A DNA stretch of 63,525 nucleotides, counting the filler, from Lenisia limosa (lineage: Eukaryota > Protista > Breviatea): the NCBI GenBank assembly GCA_001655205.1. It is 12 parts of 12 records of this genome, joined end to end, with 100 filler letters (N's around TTAATTAATTAA, not from the genome) between each part and the next. Parts side by side here need not be neighbours in the genome. Positions count along the whole stretch, not along the records: positions 62,425 to 63,525 come from LPNZ01005376.1; 11 more parts are not named here. The stretch is one strand, 5' to 3'. This document shows, in pieces, positions 62,676-63,525 of the stretch. The stretch's first letter is position 1. Each line of letters starts with the position of its first letter. A model generated the notes under the pieces. It ran no database searches. It was not told the origin of the DNA and was given only the letters and a program-made list of their open reading frames with translations. The position numbers were made by a program, and so were the translations under genes.

Positions 62676-63276
62676 TTTGTAACCAATGGCGTTGTGGAAT
62701 TCGAATACAAGGTCCATTCAGGCAGCCAGTGGCAAGTCTATCTTGGTACGGGGAGGGTTATTCCATATATATATATCTTTTTGGGTTCACTTCGGTTCGA
62801 AAAAAACTCGAGACAATATCGATAGTTTTCGAGGATTTATCGAGACATTCAGTCTTTTTTCGAACCGAAGTGAATCCCAAGGTATTTCATATCTGGGGGG
62901 GGGGGGGNNNNNNNNNNNNNNNNNNNNNNNNNNNNNNNNNNNNNNNNNNNNNNNNNNNNNNNNNNNNNNNNNNNNNNNNNNNNNNNNNNNNNNNNNNNNN
63001 NNNNGGATATGTCTTGACCGATTTGCTCTATGATTTCCCCAAGGAAAATCGGTCAAGACTTATCCTGGTCACTGTTTATTAAATGGTGGGATCAGCCGTC
63101 TACCTCTACATTTTCCTCTCTTGGTACACGCAAAGCCCACACCTCCCTATATTTTGCTCACATTTTGCAGCACTCTACGTTGACGACGTTTTGGTTACCG
63201 GAACGCTAAGAGACACAAATGACGCTTTCATTATCCAGTCCATTGCCGTTGAGGCTGGACAACACACTATTAAATG
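62676..63276 (+). CDS. Fragment of a beta-rich extracellular domain, weakly reminiscent of KIAA1324/ELAPOR-type proteins
   Basis: Exons 62676-62745 and 63171-63276 splice in phase to FVTNGVVEFEYKVHSGSQWQVYL-ALYVDDVLVTGTLRDTNDAFIIQSIAVEAGQHTIKW. The family resemblance is from memory only. Confidence 0.4.
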
Positions 63277-63525
63277 GTGGGAGTGATATATTCTACATAT
63301 GATATTCTATGTAGGGGGGTGCTATATTTCACTCTTGAGCGTGATGATGTAGACGGCTTTGGCCAGATGTTATCTTTTTTATAATTCTGCAAATTTTGAG
63401 TTTTTGTTCTTTCTTTTTTTTGTTCCGCTTTTATCATTATTCAAGTTCGTGATTAGTCCTCGAAATTTTTGATTCCGGGCTTTTTATGTGTTTTCATATT
63501 TTCCAATTTTTCTCCTCCCCCCCCC

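Noticed and set aside
1-63525. Non-standard genetic code
   Set aside because: Recognised genes assemble without in-frame stops, and TAA, TAG and TGA all appear as terminators (2400, 52281, 47883).
1-63525. tRNA, rRNA or snRNA genes
   Set aside because: No cloverleaf, Pol III box pair or conserved rRNA/snRNA signature was recognised by eye. A tRNAscan/Infernal run would be needed to exclude them.

Overview
Draft assembly of an intron-rich, AT-rich eukaryote using the standard genetic code; IFT25 indicates a flagellated lineage. The window joins 12 contigs with eleven artificial N44-TTAATTAATTAA-N44 spacers and has many N gaps next to G/C homopolymers. About 20 spliced genes or gene fragments were assembled by hand from GT/GC-AG exons: a PH-domain protein, a giant DUF11/Ig-repeat type I membrane protein with an integrin-alpha-like WKSGFFRK tail, TSSC4-like, a WW protein, STK16 kinase, a tetraspan protein, SRR1-like, a [2Fe-2S] ferredoxin, a WD40 protein, IFT25, the ARM region of a Cdc7/SepH/MAP3K-epsilon-like protein, and several hypothetical proteins. 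Introns are crowded with repeats: about 20 hAT-type MITEs, Tc1-like MITEs, two foldback elements, and an internally deleted Tc1 transposon. The two most striking signals are (1) dispersed and tandem repeat modules anchored at splice sites, mostly sense-oriented and variably 5'-truncated, that supply or stack branch-point/C-tract/AG acceptors in unrelated genes, and (2) the long-legged integrin-alpha-like receptor. All protein identities come from motif recall, not database searches. No rRNA, tRNA or CRISPR array was recognised.
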